Shown piece after piece: positions 20,897 to 31,332 of a stretch of DNA of 64,000 bases (within the stretch, counting starts at the first letter, position 1; each line of letters starts with the position of its first letter). Source of the DNA: a virus. Taxonomy: Duplodnaviria > Caudoviricetes. The DNA is taken from IMG/VR virus record IMGVR_UViG_3300031867_000038, positions 9,954 to 73,953 of that record, one strand, 5' to 3'. Under the pieces are notes generated by a model. It worked only from the letters and a program-made list of their open reading frames with translations, was not told the DNA's origin and did no database searches. The position numbers and the translations under genes were made by a program.

Positions 20897-21234
20897 TGAA
20901 CTTCATCGCTATGTAAATATTCTTCATAAGCTTCAGGATCTGGCATCATGGCTATATGTTCATAATCATTTAAATTAAAATCACACTTCCCTTGGACACA
21001 ATCATTGATATAATCATAAATATATTCTGCATCAGTTAAAATATCTATAGGCCCATGATTTATAATAAACTCTTCAATATAATCTAAATTATCTTGAGTT
21101 TTTCCTACTCCCTCAGACCAACTATATAATGCTTTTTCTAAATCTACATAAGTTTTTTGTAATTCAATATATGCCTTCATTACACAATAAAAATAACTTT
21201 TTTCTTTTTCAATCATTGTTTCTTTTTCAATCAT
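20893..21234 (-). CDS. hypothetical acidic protein
   Basis: 113 aa between helicase and primase. Confidence 0.55.
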   Translation of the reverse strand: MIEKETMIEKEKSYFYCVMKAYIELQKTYVDLEKALYSWSEGVGKTQDNLDYIEEFIINHGPIDILTDAEYIYDYINDCVQGKCDFNLNDYEHIAMMPDPEAYEEYLHSDEVQ

Positions 21235-21262
21235 TTTGAGTAATCTCCTTTATAATAATTAA

Positions 21263-22792
21263 TTAAAAAGCATTTTCTTCTCTTGGTATTACTTGAATAT
21301 TAAGAGCTGGAACATCAATTAATTCATATTGATAATCTGTTACAAATTTTGGTTCAATTTTACAAGTGGCTTTATTAGAAACACACCAAAGTAATACATC
21401 TTTATAACGACCACGTCTATTTTTATATACAGAAATTTTAGTGTCAGGAGGCGGGAATCCTTGCTGATCAACAAGCGGCTGTAGAGCTTCTCTATCTTCT
21501 TGGCTAGCATCAAGCATAATCATACCTAAATCAATTTTATCTGCAATAGATTTAGCTCCACGTAAAAGGTTCTGATCATATACTTGAGCAGTTCTATATT
21601 CTGCATTAAGCTGGGTTGCAGTTTCAATAAATACTCCATATTCAACTGCGAGGTCTTTTAATCTAACGGCAATCATAAAGAGAATATTATACTCTTTTAA
21701 TCCTTCTACTCTAGATTTGCCACTTACTTCAGAGAGAATTTTCATACTAGTATGGACATAATCATGACAAATATATCTAGCATTAAATTCACGAACACCA
21801 AATTTAATTGTGTTTTCAATATCTTGAAGACTAAAATCTGGTAGCCGTTTAACCTGGAGTGGTGAGTTAGAAAGGACCGCCGCCGCATGTCTTACTCTTT
21901 CTAATTCATTTCCCATATAATTATTATATAAGATATGATCCTCTGGAACGTCTGCAATAAAAGCCAGCATCATGGTTTGAATTTCATCTAGCTGTTGCTC
22001 TGTTGAAATATAGATTGTAGGTTCAGCACTTTTATTTTCTACCCATTCGCCACGCTTATATAATTCTATACAAGCAAAAGTACATGCGTCTGCAATCATA
22101 GCTCTAGTTTTACCGACGCCTGTTGCTGCAGATCTAAGATACAATTTACCAAGACGCGCGCCACGAGTAATTGTATTAGTAATATCTCCGAACATAGGAA
22201 TTCCTAATTCAGGAACTGTCATTAACCTATCAATTAATTCATCAACTCCTTCTCCTGCCTGAGCAAAAGAAGTATCAGCATTATCAATATATTTAGCTTT
22301 AATTTGTTCAATCTTAGCATCAATTTGATCTGCAATCTTTTCAATAGGAGTATTATCTAACCAATCTTCTTGAGCTTGTTTTTTCTTTTGGTCAAATAAA
22401 TTATCTATATCATATAACCATGAAAGATCTAATCCAACTTGCTCTTTATACATTCTAAACAAAGTCATTTTTTTCATGCGTTTATAATAATAATCAAAAG
22501 CAGCAAGTTGAGTTGATGCTTTAAGTTTTTCTAAATATTCTGCTCCATTATTTGCTTTGTAAGTTGCTAATTTAGTTGGGCGTTGTTCAAGATAATCTTC
22601 AATAGTAGAAGTATCAATTGCGGCGGCCCCTAAAGCATGCAAATTATATATAGAACCAAAAATAATTTTATGAAATGGTTCCGTAAAATCATCTTCGGTA
22701 AAATGATAGTTTTCATTATCGAGTAGGTTCGGATTTAAATAGACTCCTCCAATAACTTGGACTATACTTCCAATATCAACATATCGACCCAT
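21263..22792 (-). CDS. dnaB: replicative DnaB-like helicase
   Basis: SAATGVGKT, ISTEQ, DYVH, TQLN, RGAKSIADKID, KNRRG. Confidence 0.88.
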   Translation of the reverse strand: MGRYVDIGSIVQVIGGVYLNPNLLDNENYHFTEDDFTEPFHKIIFGSIYNLHALGAAAIDTSTIEDYLEQRPTKLATYKANNGAEYLEKLKASTQLAAFDYYYKRMKKMTLFRMYKEQVGLDLSWLYDIDNLFDQKKKQAQEDWLDNTPIEKIADQIDAKIEQIKAKYIDNADTSFAQAGEGVDELIDRLMTVPELGIPMFGDITNTITRGARLGKLYLRSAATGVGKTRAMIADACTFACIELYKRGEWVENKSAEPTIYISTEQQLDEIQTMMLAFIADVPEDHILYNNYMGNELERVRHAAAVLSNSPLQVKRLPDFSLQDIENTIKFGVREFNARYICHDYVHTSMKILSEVSGKSRVEGLKEYNILFMIAVRLKDLAVEYGVFIETATQLNAEYRTAQVYDQNLLRGAKSIADKIDLGMIMLDASQEDREALQPLVDQQGFPPPDTKISVYKNRRGRYKDVLLWCVSNKATCKIEPKFVTDYQYELIDVPALNIQVIPREENAF

Positions 22793-22793
22793 T

Positions 22794-23309
22794 TTAATCC
22801 TCCTCTAAATTAAAGAGATGTGGCGGAGCTACATAAACCCTAGGTGATGGGATCGAAACGGTCTGGACTGTGATTTGATAAGGGGCGGCCGCCGCATTTT
22901 TTTGTTGTTTTTGATATATTTCAAAATAATATTTATAAGCATCTTCATAAATATAAGGTAATATACCAACTGCTCCATGTGCATTTTCTTTTGAACCATG
23001 TTTAATTTCATAAAACCATTTTAAAGCTTTGAGCATACCACTATAAGAAAATTTATATTCTGTTTTATACTTTTCTAATAGTTTTTGGGTTTTTACAAAA
23101 TTAAAATCTTCCCCTAATAATGCACTAACATATTCAATTAAATTGTTCCAGTCTTCTTGCTCTTGAAGATCTGCCGCATCTTGTGCTTCATAACATTTCT
23201 TATGAGCATATCTATTTTTAATTTTTACGAACTCAATTTTAGGATCATTTCTATCAAATGATTCACCACAAAATTTACATTTTACAATTGCTTTTGGCAT
23301 TATTATCAC
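22794..23309 (-). CDS. Zn-binding replication-associated hypothetical protein
   Basis: CKFC...HKKC, coupled upstream of the helicase. Confidence 0.45.
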   Translation of the reverse strand: MIIMPKAIVKCKFCGESFDRNDPKIEFVKIKNRYAHKKCYEAQDAADLQEQEDWNNLIEYVSALLGEDFNFVKTQKLLEKYKTEYKFSYSGMLKALKWFYEIKHGSKENAHGAVGILPYIYEDAYKYYFEIYQKQQKNAAAAPYQITVQTVSIPSPRVYVAPPHLFNLEED

Positions 23310-23323
23310 CTACTATATATAAT

Positions 23324-23379
23324 ATTATACCAAAATAAAAGAAAATTGTCAAGAGTTTTTTTATCACTCTTGACAATTT
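23324..23379 (-). promoter_or_regulatory. promoter of helicase/primase operon with -35 in a terminator stem
   Basis: TTGACA-N17-TATAAT; 14-bp inverted repeat 23343-23379. Confidence 0.8.
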
Positions 23380-23398
23380 AGTAATTATATATTTTATA

Positions 23399-25454
23399 TT
23401 AAGTTGGATTAGGAATATCTTTAAGATCGTCAATAATCAGAGACAAAGCTTCAGTCTGTTCACGACTCATATTACCGACTTTATTTCCTTTTCCAAGATA
23501 TCTATCTGTTACCTGCTGGATTCGTGGACTCCAATATGATGCCATTTCTTCATCTGAAGCAGACTTAACAATATTTTCAATAATATTATTAAATTCTGCC
23601 ATAAGAGTATCAAAATCTTTTGTAGGAGCTACTTCATGAGTATTTTCTCTCTTGTCAGTAAATAACTCCTGACCTTCTTCTGCCATTTGCTTGTCAATAG
23701 CATCAGCAATAGCATTAACAAGATTCTGATAAGTAAAATCAATTACGTCTGGGGTGTATTTAAAGCGGGACCCTGCTTCGTAACGAGGAGTTCCTCGCAT
23801 AAACAACTTGGTGACGAGTGCTCCAGATTCATCTTCCACTGACCTTGAGTATCCGATAATGTCGCATAGACGAGCGCAGATATTGTTAGCTCTTTTATCA
23901 AGGGTTGGGACGATTTTATTATATTGCTGTTTTGATTCATCTGTAAATACCTTATCTGTATCGTGAGAGATAATTACAAGACCAAAATTAAGCTGAACAA
24001 TAGCACGAAGAGCTTCATCAAACTCTTTTTCAATCATGCCATACCCCTTGCCATAAGGAATATCGCTAACTGAATCAGCATTATTATTCGCACAAATATA
24101 CTTAGTACATAGGTCATAAGCAATATCAGCAGTATCAATAATAATTGTTTCATACATTTCCTGAGCCTGTGGCTCTTTCAGCTGACGAAGAACACGCTTA
24201 AAATCAGACCATGAGTTAATGGGCAACGCCATAACGCCAGGAATTGCAGCATAACCTTTTTCAAACGCAAGGAGTAGAGCTTTAGGGAATTTTGCGGCAA
24301 TTGTTGTTTTTCCTGTTTTCCCAATTTGTTATCCTATTAGTTTTTTATCTAATAGTTCTTATAGTTTCCTATAAGTTCAGCATATTTTTTAATCCTAGTG
24401 AAAGGATTTCATACTCTCGTGGATTTATTATATTCTAAAAATTTATTGCGTTTACGTTGTAATGAAAAGCAATCTAATGAATAAAGTTTATTAAAAAGTG
24501 GAATGGCATTTTTAGTAGAAATAGCCAACTCATATAATCCTCTATTATCTTTAGAAATATTTCCTACTTTAAGAAATTTTTTAATATCTTCAAGTAATTC
24601 AGAACGATGAGCGACTAATCTAAATCTGATATATTCATTTGCACTAATTGAGACAGAACCATCTCCATCAAAAAATCCTAAAATAAAAGCATAAGTTAAA
24701 TCAGGATCATTAAATTTAGGAAGATGCATTTCTTCATAAGTTTTGCGATGAACAATACCAAATTTAACAAGCTGTTTTTTTTGCTGTTGGCTGGTCCATG
24801 AAAGTCTACATATTGTAAATCCATTTCCAGTTTCACGAACCATAATTTCACTTTCAATATCTAATTCATTTTTAATTTTTTCAAGAATTTCTTTATCTAC
24901 AATAGATAACTCAATATTAATTCTATTTCGTTCCTTTTCTATCCAACCGTCTGAAGCAAGAAAACCAAGTAACCAAGCTTTTTGACAAGAATCAATATTA
25001 TCAAAATATTCATGATTTACGTGTTTTGTACGAGCTTTATTAGTTAAAGCATTTTGCCCTTTTCTAGAACGAATAGGGATACTATTATCAGTTAATATTT
25101 TTTTTACTTTATAAGTAGATAAATTACTAATTCTAGAAATTTCAGCAATAGATTTTAATTCTATTACATACGCATAAATAATATCTTGGGTGTTCATGTC
25201 TGCAAACACACTCCTTTTAAATTTTTAGTTTCAAAATCTATGCGTTGCACGTGTTATAGTTTTTAAACTATAACTTCCGTTCAGATTAGCATATCAAATG
25301 ACTTAGCTTTTCTGTTTTTTAGTATGATGTTCGACTATAATTACTTATAGAAGGGGCAGATTATAGTTTACCCTCCGTACAGGAACACGGAATAACCACG
25401 TAAATCTCTGCTCACCTGGTGCGGTTGAACAGCAAAAATGTCAATATTAGCCAT
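23399..25454 (-). CDS. Sak4-like AAA ATPase/recombinase, spliced (exons 25454-25370, 24321-23399; 335 aa)
   Basis: The exon join restores Walker A YGG-W-KTGKTT; IIIDT, VIISH, IIGY. Confidence 0.85.
24322..25369 (-). mobile_element. group I intron in Walker A of the ATPase
   Basis: U|...G boundaries; IGS GCCC pairs exon GGGU; P7 GCAUA/UAUGC in GUGCAACGCAUAG and AAAAUAUGCUG. Confidence 0.85.
24409..25209 (-). CDS. intron-encoded LAGLIDADG homing endonuclease
   Basis: Two motifs, AWLLGFLASDG and AFILGFFDGDG; start may be ATG 25197. Confidence 0.88.
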   Translation of the reverse strand: MFADMNTQDIIYAYVIELKSIAEISRISNLSTYKVKKILTDNSIPIRSRKGQNALTNKARTKHVNHEYFDNIDSCQKAWLLGFLASDGWIEKERNRINIELSIVDKEILEKIKNELDIESEIMVRETGNGFTICRLSWTSQQQKKQLVKFGIVHRKTYEEMHLPKFNDPDLTYAFILGFFDGDGSVSISANEYIRFRLVAHRSELLEDIKKFLKVGNISKDNRGLYELAISTKNAIPLFNKLYSLDCFSLQRKRNKFLEYNKSTRV

Positions 25455-25500
25455 ATTTTACTCTCCTTTAGGTAGAACTAAGTTAGGTATTTAACCTAAC

Positions 25501-26469
25501 TTAGAACTTAAACCCGCCAGCGGGAATTCCTGGAACTGCGGTGGGACCAGGAGCTGGAGCAGCTGCCGCATTGCCCTGATGTTGATAATATTCAACACTA
25601 CGCTGCTTAACTTCGGCCAGCATAACATTACGATTCTCCATAGCTTTTGCAATATCAGCAGGAGTCAGAATATCTTCTGCACCAAAATCATAAGGAATCT
25701 TATTTGCGTGATTTACAACCCAATTACGCACTCTGCGCTCTACTACATCAACAGCAGCCTCACCAAACGCAGATTCCACTTCCTTTTCAACCTTAACAAC
25801 TCTGTTTTCGATATAGCCACGAATCCCAGTGTACATAGGATTACTAGGATCAATCCCTGCACTTTCAAAGTAGTTCATTGCGCCAGGATGACGAACAACA
25901 AAAGTCATAGGAAGAATATCATTGCGGAAATTGAATACACAACCTTTAAGCTTTACATAATCTTCTTCAATTCCACGCTCTTCATTCTTTTCAACATGTT
26001 CCACGTTAGTAATAAGAACATCACATTCAAACTTATTTCTTTCCTGTCCTTCAGCAGGAAGCTCTGCGGGGCTTCTAAGAATTGTTACAAATCCACCTTC
26101 ATGACGAGGAGTAGATACGAGTTCATCTCCACCCTGGGGGTAGAAATCATTTAGAGCAATACTTGGGGTCAGACGCACACAAGTGGCCTGATCAAGACCA
26201 TCATTCATAATAGTCTTACCATTTTCAATAATCTGTTTCAGAGCATTATAAGAAGGATTGCCTTTACCAGCCTTTGTAGTCGGAGTTACATAAGTATAAT
26301 GAACCTGAATTACATTCATTCCAGCATCATCAGTAGCAACATCAAGTGTACCATTAATGAACTCTTTACCATAATTTTCGCTATCTTTTCTTTCTACCTT
26401 ACGAATAGAAAGATCATGAGTATAAATACGACCTGCAATCTGTTCAGTATTCTTATTAGTTCTTGCCAT
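25501..26469 (-). CDS. putative single-stranded DNA-binding protein
   Basis: Beta-rich 322 aa upstream of Sak4-like gene, flexible tail ending in Phe; inferred from context. Confidence 0.45.
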   Translation of the reverse strand: MARTNKNTEQIAGRIYTHDLSIRKVERKDSENYGKEFINGTLDVATDDAGMNVIQVHYTYVTPTTKAGKGNPSYNALKQIIENGKTIMNDGLDQATCVRLTPSIALNDFYPQGGDELVSTPRHEGGFVTILRSPAELPAEGQERNKFECDVLITNVEHVEKNEERGIEEDYVKLKGCVFNFRNDILPMTFVVRHPGAMNYFESAGIDPSNPMYTGIRGYIENRVVKVEKEVESAFGEAAVDVVERRVRNWVVNHANKIPYDFGAEDILTPADIAKAMENRNVMLAEVKQRSVEYYQHQGNAAAAPAPGPTAVPGIPAGGFKF

Positions 26470-26512
26470 ATTAGTTCTCCTTAGTAATTCATTAGTTTAT
26501 ATAAATATTATA

Positions 26513-26872
26513 TCATTTATTTTTATATTCGTCAAGTTTAAATGCTTTTCCCAATTCAGTTATCTGATAAGTAATGGGGGAAAGCGTTGACATCTTTTCT
26601 ACATAACCATCAGTAGCAAGCTTACGCATTGTACCTGAAATAGAACGAGTATTCATATCCAGGGCTTCAGCCAACATTTTAGCTGAGAAAATATATCCAT
26701 CTTCCTGGCCCTGGAGATACTCAAGGACGGCCGCGCCTTTTTCTGTAATGACACTTGAATTTTTCACAGTTCCATTTTTAAATTCAGTAAAATAATTCAT
26801 AGCATCTTCATTAATAGTATTTGTTTCTAGCAGTTTTTCGATTTCAGCAATAAAATTTTCTTTAGTAGTCAT
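26513..26872 (-). CDS. winged-helix DNA-binding protein
   Basis: FSAKMLAEALDMNTRSISGTMRKLATDGYV. Confidence 0.7.
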   Translation of the reverse strand: MTTKENFIAEIEKLLETNTINEDAMNYFTEFKNGTVKNSSVITEKGAAVLEYLQGQEDGYIFSAKMLAEALDMNTRSISGTMRKLATDGYVEKMSTLSPITYQITELGKAFKLDEYKNK

Positions 26873-26905
26873 TACTTTTAAGCCTTTCTTTTATTTTATA
26901 TATAA

Positions 26906-26934
26906 ATTATATCATAAAATAAAAGAATTGTCAA
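26906..26934 (-). promoter_or_regulatory. sigmaA promoter of wHTH/SSB/Sak4 operon
   Basis: TTGACA-N17-TATAAT. Confidence 0.8.
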
Positions 26935-26937
26935 TAA

Positions 26938-27651
26938 TTACCCTTTAAATAATTGCGCTACGTATGTCACATTATCATCTGCTACATAAACTCCAATAGC
27001 TGTTTCAGTAAAGTGCTGAAGAAGAATATTATCTCTATGGCTCTTGGAGTTCATCCAAGTATCAACCATCATCGCGGCGGTTGATAGCTCAGGATCAGCT
27101 TTTAATAAGTTTTCGCCAACAACAAAATAATCATCTGTAATTACGCTGTGACAAGAGGAACCATCTGGTCGAGTATGAGAAAATTGAATTGAACTTTCTT
27201 TTGCTCGAAGATCTGCGGCCGCTTGTAAATTTTTATTATAAGTTAAAACAGGAAGATTATTTTTCTGACGCACTTGATTAATTAATGCGAAAATTTCTTC
27301 ATTAATATTGTCATAAGTAGTTTGATATTCTATTGACTGTTCTTTTTCTGTTGGTAATGTAACAACATCATCATCATTACTATCATTTGTTTCTTCTGTT
27401 GTAACCACATTATCGGTAACAGGATTATATCGTTGATAATCAATATGTTCTTTACCATTTAGAATAACATATGTATTTGGGCCTGCATCATATTTTGGTA
27501 AGGTTCCAATAATTGGAACATCATGATCTGTTACACCAATAATATATACATTTCCGCTTGGTTGAATCGCATCTACATTTGTTGCTTCTGCAATTGTCAG
27601 CGGACTAATTAATATCATTAAAAGAAGTATTAATCCGATAATTCTTTTCAT
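26938..27651 (-). CDS. secreted CAP (SCP) domain protein
   Basis: Signal peptide; INQVR, AADLRAKE...FSHTRPDG, GENL, WMNSKSHRDNIL. Confidence 0.9.
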   Translation of the reverse strand: MKRIIGLILLLMILISPLTIAEATNVDAIQPSGNVYIIGVTDHDVPIIGTLPKYDAGPNTYVILNGKEHIDYQRYNPVTDNVVTTEETNDSNDDDVVTLPTEKEQSIEYQTTYDNINEEIFALINQVRQKNNLPVLTYNKNLQAAADLRAKESSIQFSHTRPDGSSCHSVITDDYFVVGENLLKADPELSTAAMMVDTWMNSKSHRDNILLQHFTETAIGVYVADDNVTYVAQLFKG

Positions 27652-28871
27652 TCTGCTTTCTCCTGTAATACTAAATTTAATATGATACCAATAATAAGAG
27701 CTAAAGCAGTACCAGAAAGACTAAAAACATCGTTTCCAATTACTATACCGCTAATTCCAACAGCAAGAATAACAGATACCAAGATTAAATTCTTAGAGTT
27801 ATTTAAATCAACATCTTTAAGCAATTTGATACCACTTGAACTAATAAAACCATATAAAACACAAGCAGTACCGCCGCCAATTACACAGCTAGGAATTGAT
27901 GCAATAAATGCTTGAACAGGTTCTAAGAAACCAAGACTAATCATCATTAATGCAGCTACAACTGTAGTTTTTACAGATGCACATTTACTAAATCCTACTG
28001 CGGCAACTCCTTCGCCATATGAACAAGCTCCTAAGCCACCTAAACAAGAGGTAGCCAGATTTGCCATGCCTTCACCAATGAAGATTCGGCTTAAACCAGG
28101 AGTTTTATAAAGGTCTGTTCCAATAATGCCTCCAAGGGCGGCGTGATCACTTAAACATTCACAAATAGCGCTAATTGTAAAAGCTATATATACAACAATA
28201 ATAGGGATAATCGAATTGTCGATAGGAGCCCAAGAAGTAAAAGCTAGTTTTGGAAGAGCAACTAAATGAATATTATTAAATTTAGTGAAATCAACTAGCC
28301 CGAATGGAATAGCGACTAAGTATCCTACTAATGTACCAATCAAGAAAGGAAACATGGATAAGGCGCCTTTGAGATAATGACTTGATAATGCAATTGCTAA
28401 TACTGTAATTAAAGCAATCATAATACCAAGATTTCCTGTGTCACCAATATATCCAGGAATGAACCCCATAAGATTAATACCAATAACAATTGTGATAGAA
28501 CCTATTAGAACTTTTGGCATTACTTTATACAAATTATCAATAGAGATGTAATGAAAAATAATACCAAAAATAATGTATGTTAAACAAGCAACCGCTCCAC
28601 CAATTGCTACTGCTGTATATCCTCCTGCGGCGAGTGCGGCCAGAACAGGAGCAACAAAAGCCCCGCTGTTAGAAATAAACATAGGAGATTTGAATCTTGT
28701 GAAGAGGCTATAAATGATTGTAGCCATACCGGCGCCTACAAAAGCACCAGATAATTCGACTCCACAAATCTGTGCAATTAATGCAGTTGCTGTAAAAACA
28801 CTTAATAGAATCTGTAGACTAAAAAGAAGTAACTTCCCGATAGGAGGAGTATCATTTGTTTTATAAATCAT
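27648..28871 (-). CDS. NCS2-family uracil/xanthine permease
   Basis: Polytopic; FISNSGAF, GEGMAN, SYGEGV; likely start ATG 28871. Confidence 0.88.
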   Translation of the reverse strand: MIYKTNDTPPIGKLLLFSLQILLSVFTATALIAQICGVELSGAFVGAGMATIIYSLFTRFKSPMFISNSGAFVAPVLAALAAGGYTAVAIGGAVACLTYIIFGIIFHYISIDNLYKVMPKVLIGSITIVIGINLMGFIPGYIGDTGNLGIMIALITVLAIALSSHYLKGALSMFPFLIGTLVGYLVAIPFGLVDFTKFNNIHLVALPKLAFTSWAPIDNSIIPIIVVYIAFTISAICECLSDHAALGGIIGTDLYKTPGLSRIFIGEGMANLATSCLGGLGACSYGEGVAAVGFSKCASVKTTVVAALMMISLGFLEPVQAFIASIPSCVIGGGTACVLYGFISSSGIKLLKDVDLNNSKNLILVSVILAVGISGIVIGNDVFSLSGTALALIIGIILNLVLQEKAE

Positions 28872-29379
28872 TGCGTTTCCTCCACATATAAATTTCATGA
28901 ATAACAGCGTCAATATTATCAACCAGAATTCCAGCTTGCTTAATCAAACCAGTAACATAAAGGTTTTGATATGAATATTGCTGCTCACCAAGGGAAGCAG
29001 CCCCGCCCCAATCTTTAGCTTCACTATGAGTATTAAAGCATTGACGAGTATCAGTGCAAATACCTATAATTAATTTATTGTCGCCACGCATAATCTTTTC
29101 ATGAAACTTACCTATTTCTGCGCATGTCCCAGAAGGAAGAACGTCTCCATCAATACATGCTACAAGAATATCAGTATTATCTAAGCGGACATTATCTCCA
29201 TTAGCGATTTCTTGTGAACCCGCAAATTTCTTTTTTCCTTCTACACCATTTATTTCAGTGTTTTCTACTGGGCTATAAAGATTTACATCTGGAAAAGCTT
29301 TACGAATTTTTGTAGCCCATTCAATATTTCTTAGATAATCTCCATAGAAGAAAATTGGTCCTGCAAGGTATATATTCAT
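28861..29379 (-). CDS. nucleoside 2-deoxyribosyltransferase family protein
   Basis: IYLAGPIF, YSPVE, D...LD..D, SGTCAEIG. Confidence 0.8.
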   Translation of the reverse strand: MNIYLAGPIFFYGDYLRNIEWATKIRKAFPDVNLYSPVENTEINGVEGKKKFAGSQEIANGDNVRLDNTDILVACIDGDVLPSGTCAEIGKFHEKIMRGDNKLIIGICTDTRQCFNTHSEAKDWGGAASLGEQQYSYQNLYVTGLIKQAGILVDNIDAVIHEIYMWRKRNDL

Positions 29380-29726
29380 ACTTTAAACTCCTTAAAATCT
29401 TCTAAATAAAGAATTTTTTTATTTAATGATTCTGCATAAGTAATTTCTGATTGAGTAGATTGTCCAATATAATTATTCTTATTAATAATAAAAACCATAT
29501 CTGCCATTTTAATTTTTGCTTTATGCAAGTTATCTAATTCTTGTTTTTGTATATCAGTAATTTGATCACCTGCATGACCAAAAATCATAGGCATAACAAC
29601 AATACAACCTTCAAGAGTAAACCATTTACTCCAATATACAAAGTCATCTTTAAATTTAGTGCTGCCGCACAAACATACAACAGGATATTTATGAGGAATA
29701 TGTTTAATTATTGCCTGCGGTTCCAT
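29376..29726 (-). CDS. deoxyribosyltransferase-fold small protein
   Basis: VVCLCGS...HKAKIKMAD...YIGQSTQSEITYA; start probably ATG 29726. Confidence 0.55.
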   Translation of the reverse strand: MEPQAIIKHIPHKYPVVCLCGSTKFKDDFVYWSKWFTLEGCIVVMPMIFGHAGDQITDIQKQELDNLHKAKIKMADMVFIINKNNYIGQSTQSEITYAESLNKKILYLEDFKEFKV

Positions 29727-30696
29727 TATATCCATACTCCTTTGCTTGGTATAATTCAATAAAATATTTTTCTTTACTATTTAGTTCTTCTTTTGAGCAA
29801 GCAATAAGAAGTTCAAAAGTAAAGTTCTCTAGGCCCCATTCTTGCATAGCTAAATAAAGTTTGTTTCCTGGGGGCGTATCTATTCCTAATCCACATTTAC
29901 AATGTTCATTCCAACGCTTATAAATATCAACGCTTTGACCTATATAACATTCAGTTGTTTGTAGATTAGTAATCTTATAAATTCCACATTGAGTTTTATT
30001 TTGTAAAATAATGGGGAATTTAGTCTTTGCTAAAGGCTGCCAATAGGTTTGCCAAATTAACATTGATAAAATTCTAGGCTTATGAAGAGTAAGTTTGACT
30101 CTTTCAAGAGCTTTGACATCTTCAAGATCTTGTCTTGAAGGAAGTAATCTATAATTATCTTTATTATCTCGAACTTCTTGTTCTTTTAATAAAGCTTGAT
30201 GCGCGGCCGCCCTTGTTGCTGCAATTTCATCTAGCTGTTTTTGTTTCCATTCTAACTCATGGTTAATAGTAGCTAGTTTTTTAGAATATTGTTCATCAAT
30301 TTTATTATATTCTTTATCTAATTGATCACAATACGTTTCAAAAGCACGCTTTGTTATTTCTTGTTGTGTTGCAGCTTCCACAGAAGCTGTAGTTTTAGTA
30401 ATTTGAATATCTTGATTTAATTGACTTAATTGTTTATTTCCATCAGAAATATCTTGATCTAGTTGTTGTTTACATGTTTTTAAAGCCTGGATGCTATCAT
30501 GTAAATCTTCTTTCTCTTGATATAATCCAGTATTGGTTACGTATAAACCTGAATTAATAGTTTTTAATTTTTCATTTTCTACTGTTAATTGGGTGTTTTG
30601 CTGTTGTATTTCTAAATTAATTTTCTTGCGGGTTGCAAATGCATATATGGTTAATCCCGCAAAAACTACAACTAGTATAAGTAAAATTATATCCAT
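29704..30696 (-). CDS. membrane-anchored coiled-coil GIY-YIG nuclease
   Basis: N-terminal TM helix, ~200-aa coiled coil, GIYKITNLQTTECYIGQS...RWNEH. Confidence 0.85.
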   Translation of the reverse strand: MDIILLILVVVFAGLTIYAFATRKKINLEIQQQNTQLTVENEKLKTINSGLYVTNTGLYQEKEDLHDSIQALKTCKQQLDQDISDGNKQLSQLNQDIQITKTTASVEAATQQEITKRAFETYCDQLDKEYNKIDEQYSKKLATINHELEWKQKQLDEIAATRAAAHQALLKEQEVRDNKDNYRLLPSRQDLEDVKALERVKLTLHKPRILSMLIWQTYWQPLAKTKFPIILQNKTQCGIYKITNLQTTECYIGQSVDIYKRWNEHCKCGLGIDTPPGNKLYLAMQEWGLENFTFELLIACSKEELNSKEKYFIELYQAKEYGYNGTAGNN

Positions 30697-30749
30697 ATAT
30701 ACAAAAAATGGGCTGGGTTATACACCCAACCCTATTTAAAAACTATATA

Positions 30750-31016
30750 TTATTCCTCAACTTCTGCATCTGGATCGAAAGCACGTCCATCAGCAGTCAG
30801 CTTAATAAGCTTAACCTTTTCATGAGTACCATCAGCGAGTTCCATCTCAGCCTCAACACGTTCGGTATAACCCTTGCGCTGGAAAGAGGTGACAGAACCA
30901 TTGACTGATTTAACATTCATATCAAGTGCTTCTGCGATATCCTTTGCAGTGAAATCCTCGCCGTCATGAGCCTTAATGTAATTGAAAATATCCTTTGTAG
31001 CCTGCTTCATAGCCAT
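30750..31016 (-). CDS. winged-helix DNA-binding protein
   Basis: FTAKDIAEALDMNVKSVNGSVTSFQRKGY; paralog-like to 26513-26872. Confidence 0.7.
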   Translation of the reverse strand: MAMKQATKDIFNYIKAHDGEDFTAKDIAEALDMNVKSVNGSVTSFQRKGYTERVEAEMELADGTHEKVKLIKLTADGRAFDPDAEVEE

Positions 31017-31099
31017 AATAATTTGTTCTCCTTAAAATAAATATTTAATAATTAGTTTTAATATTGGGCGAGAAATCAATCACCCTTTATTATGTTATT

Positions 31100-31128
31100 A
31101 TTATATCAAAAATTTTTCTTATTGTCAA
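31100..31128 (-). promoter_or_regulatory. sigmaA promoter
   Basis: TTGACA-N17-TATAAT. Confidence 0.8.
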
Positions 31129-31303
31129 TGCTTCCTAAAAAATTTTCTACATACAATGTTACCATAACTAAATCCCTGGGTGATAGACATTCCATATATG
31201 ATTGAATTTTCTCTTCATTAGATTGAACACTTTTGCCCAAGGCGATTTCCCGCTCTGCATTAATAATTTTTTGTCCGATGATTTGTATATCTCTTTTTTT
31301 CAT
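31106..31303 (-). CDS. hypothetical protein
   Basis: 65 aa with own promoter (TTGCAC-N17-TATAAT, 31315-31343). Confidence 0.55.
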   Translation of the reverse strand: MKKRDIQIIGQKIINAEREIALGKSVQSNEEKIQSYMECLSPRDLVMVTLYVENFLGSIDNKKNF

Positions 31304-31332
31304 CTTACAAATATATTATATCACAATATTTT

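Noticed and set aside
27648-29726. Modified-base (dZ or 7-deazaguanine) biosynthesis cluster
   Set aside because: No PurZ, DatZ, QueC/D/E, FolE or DpdA motifs recognised in the window
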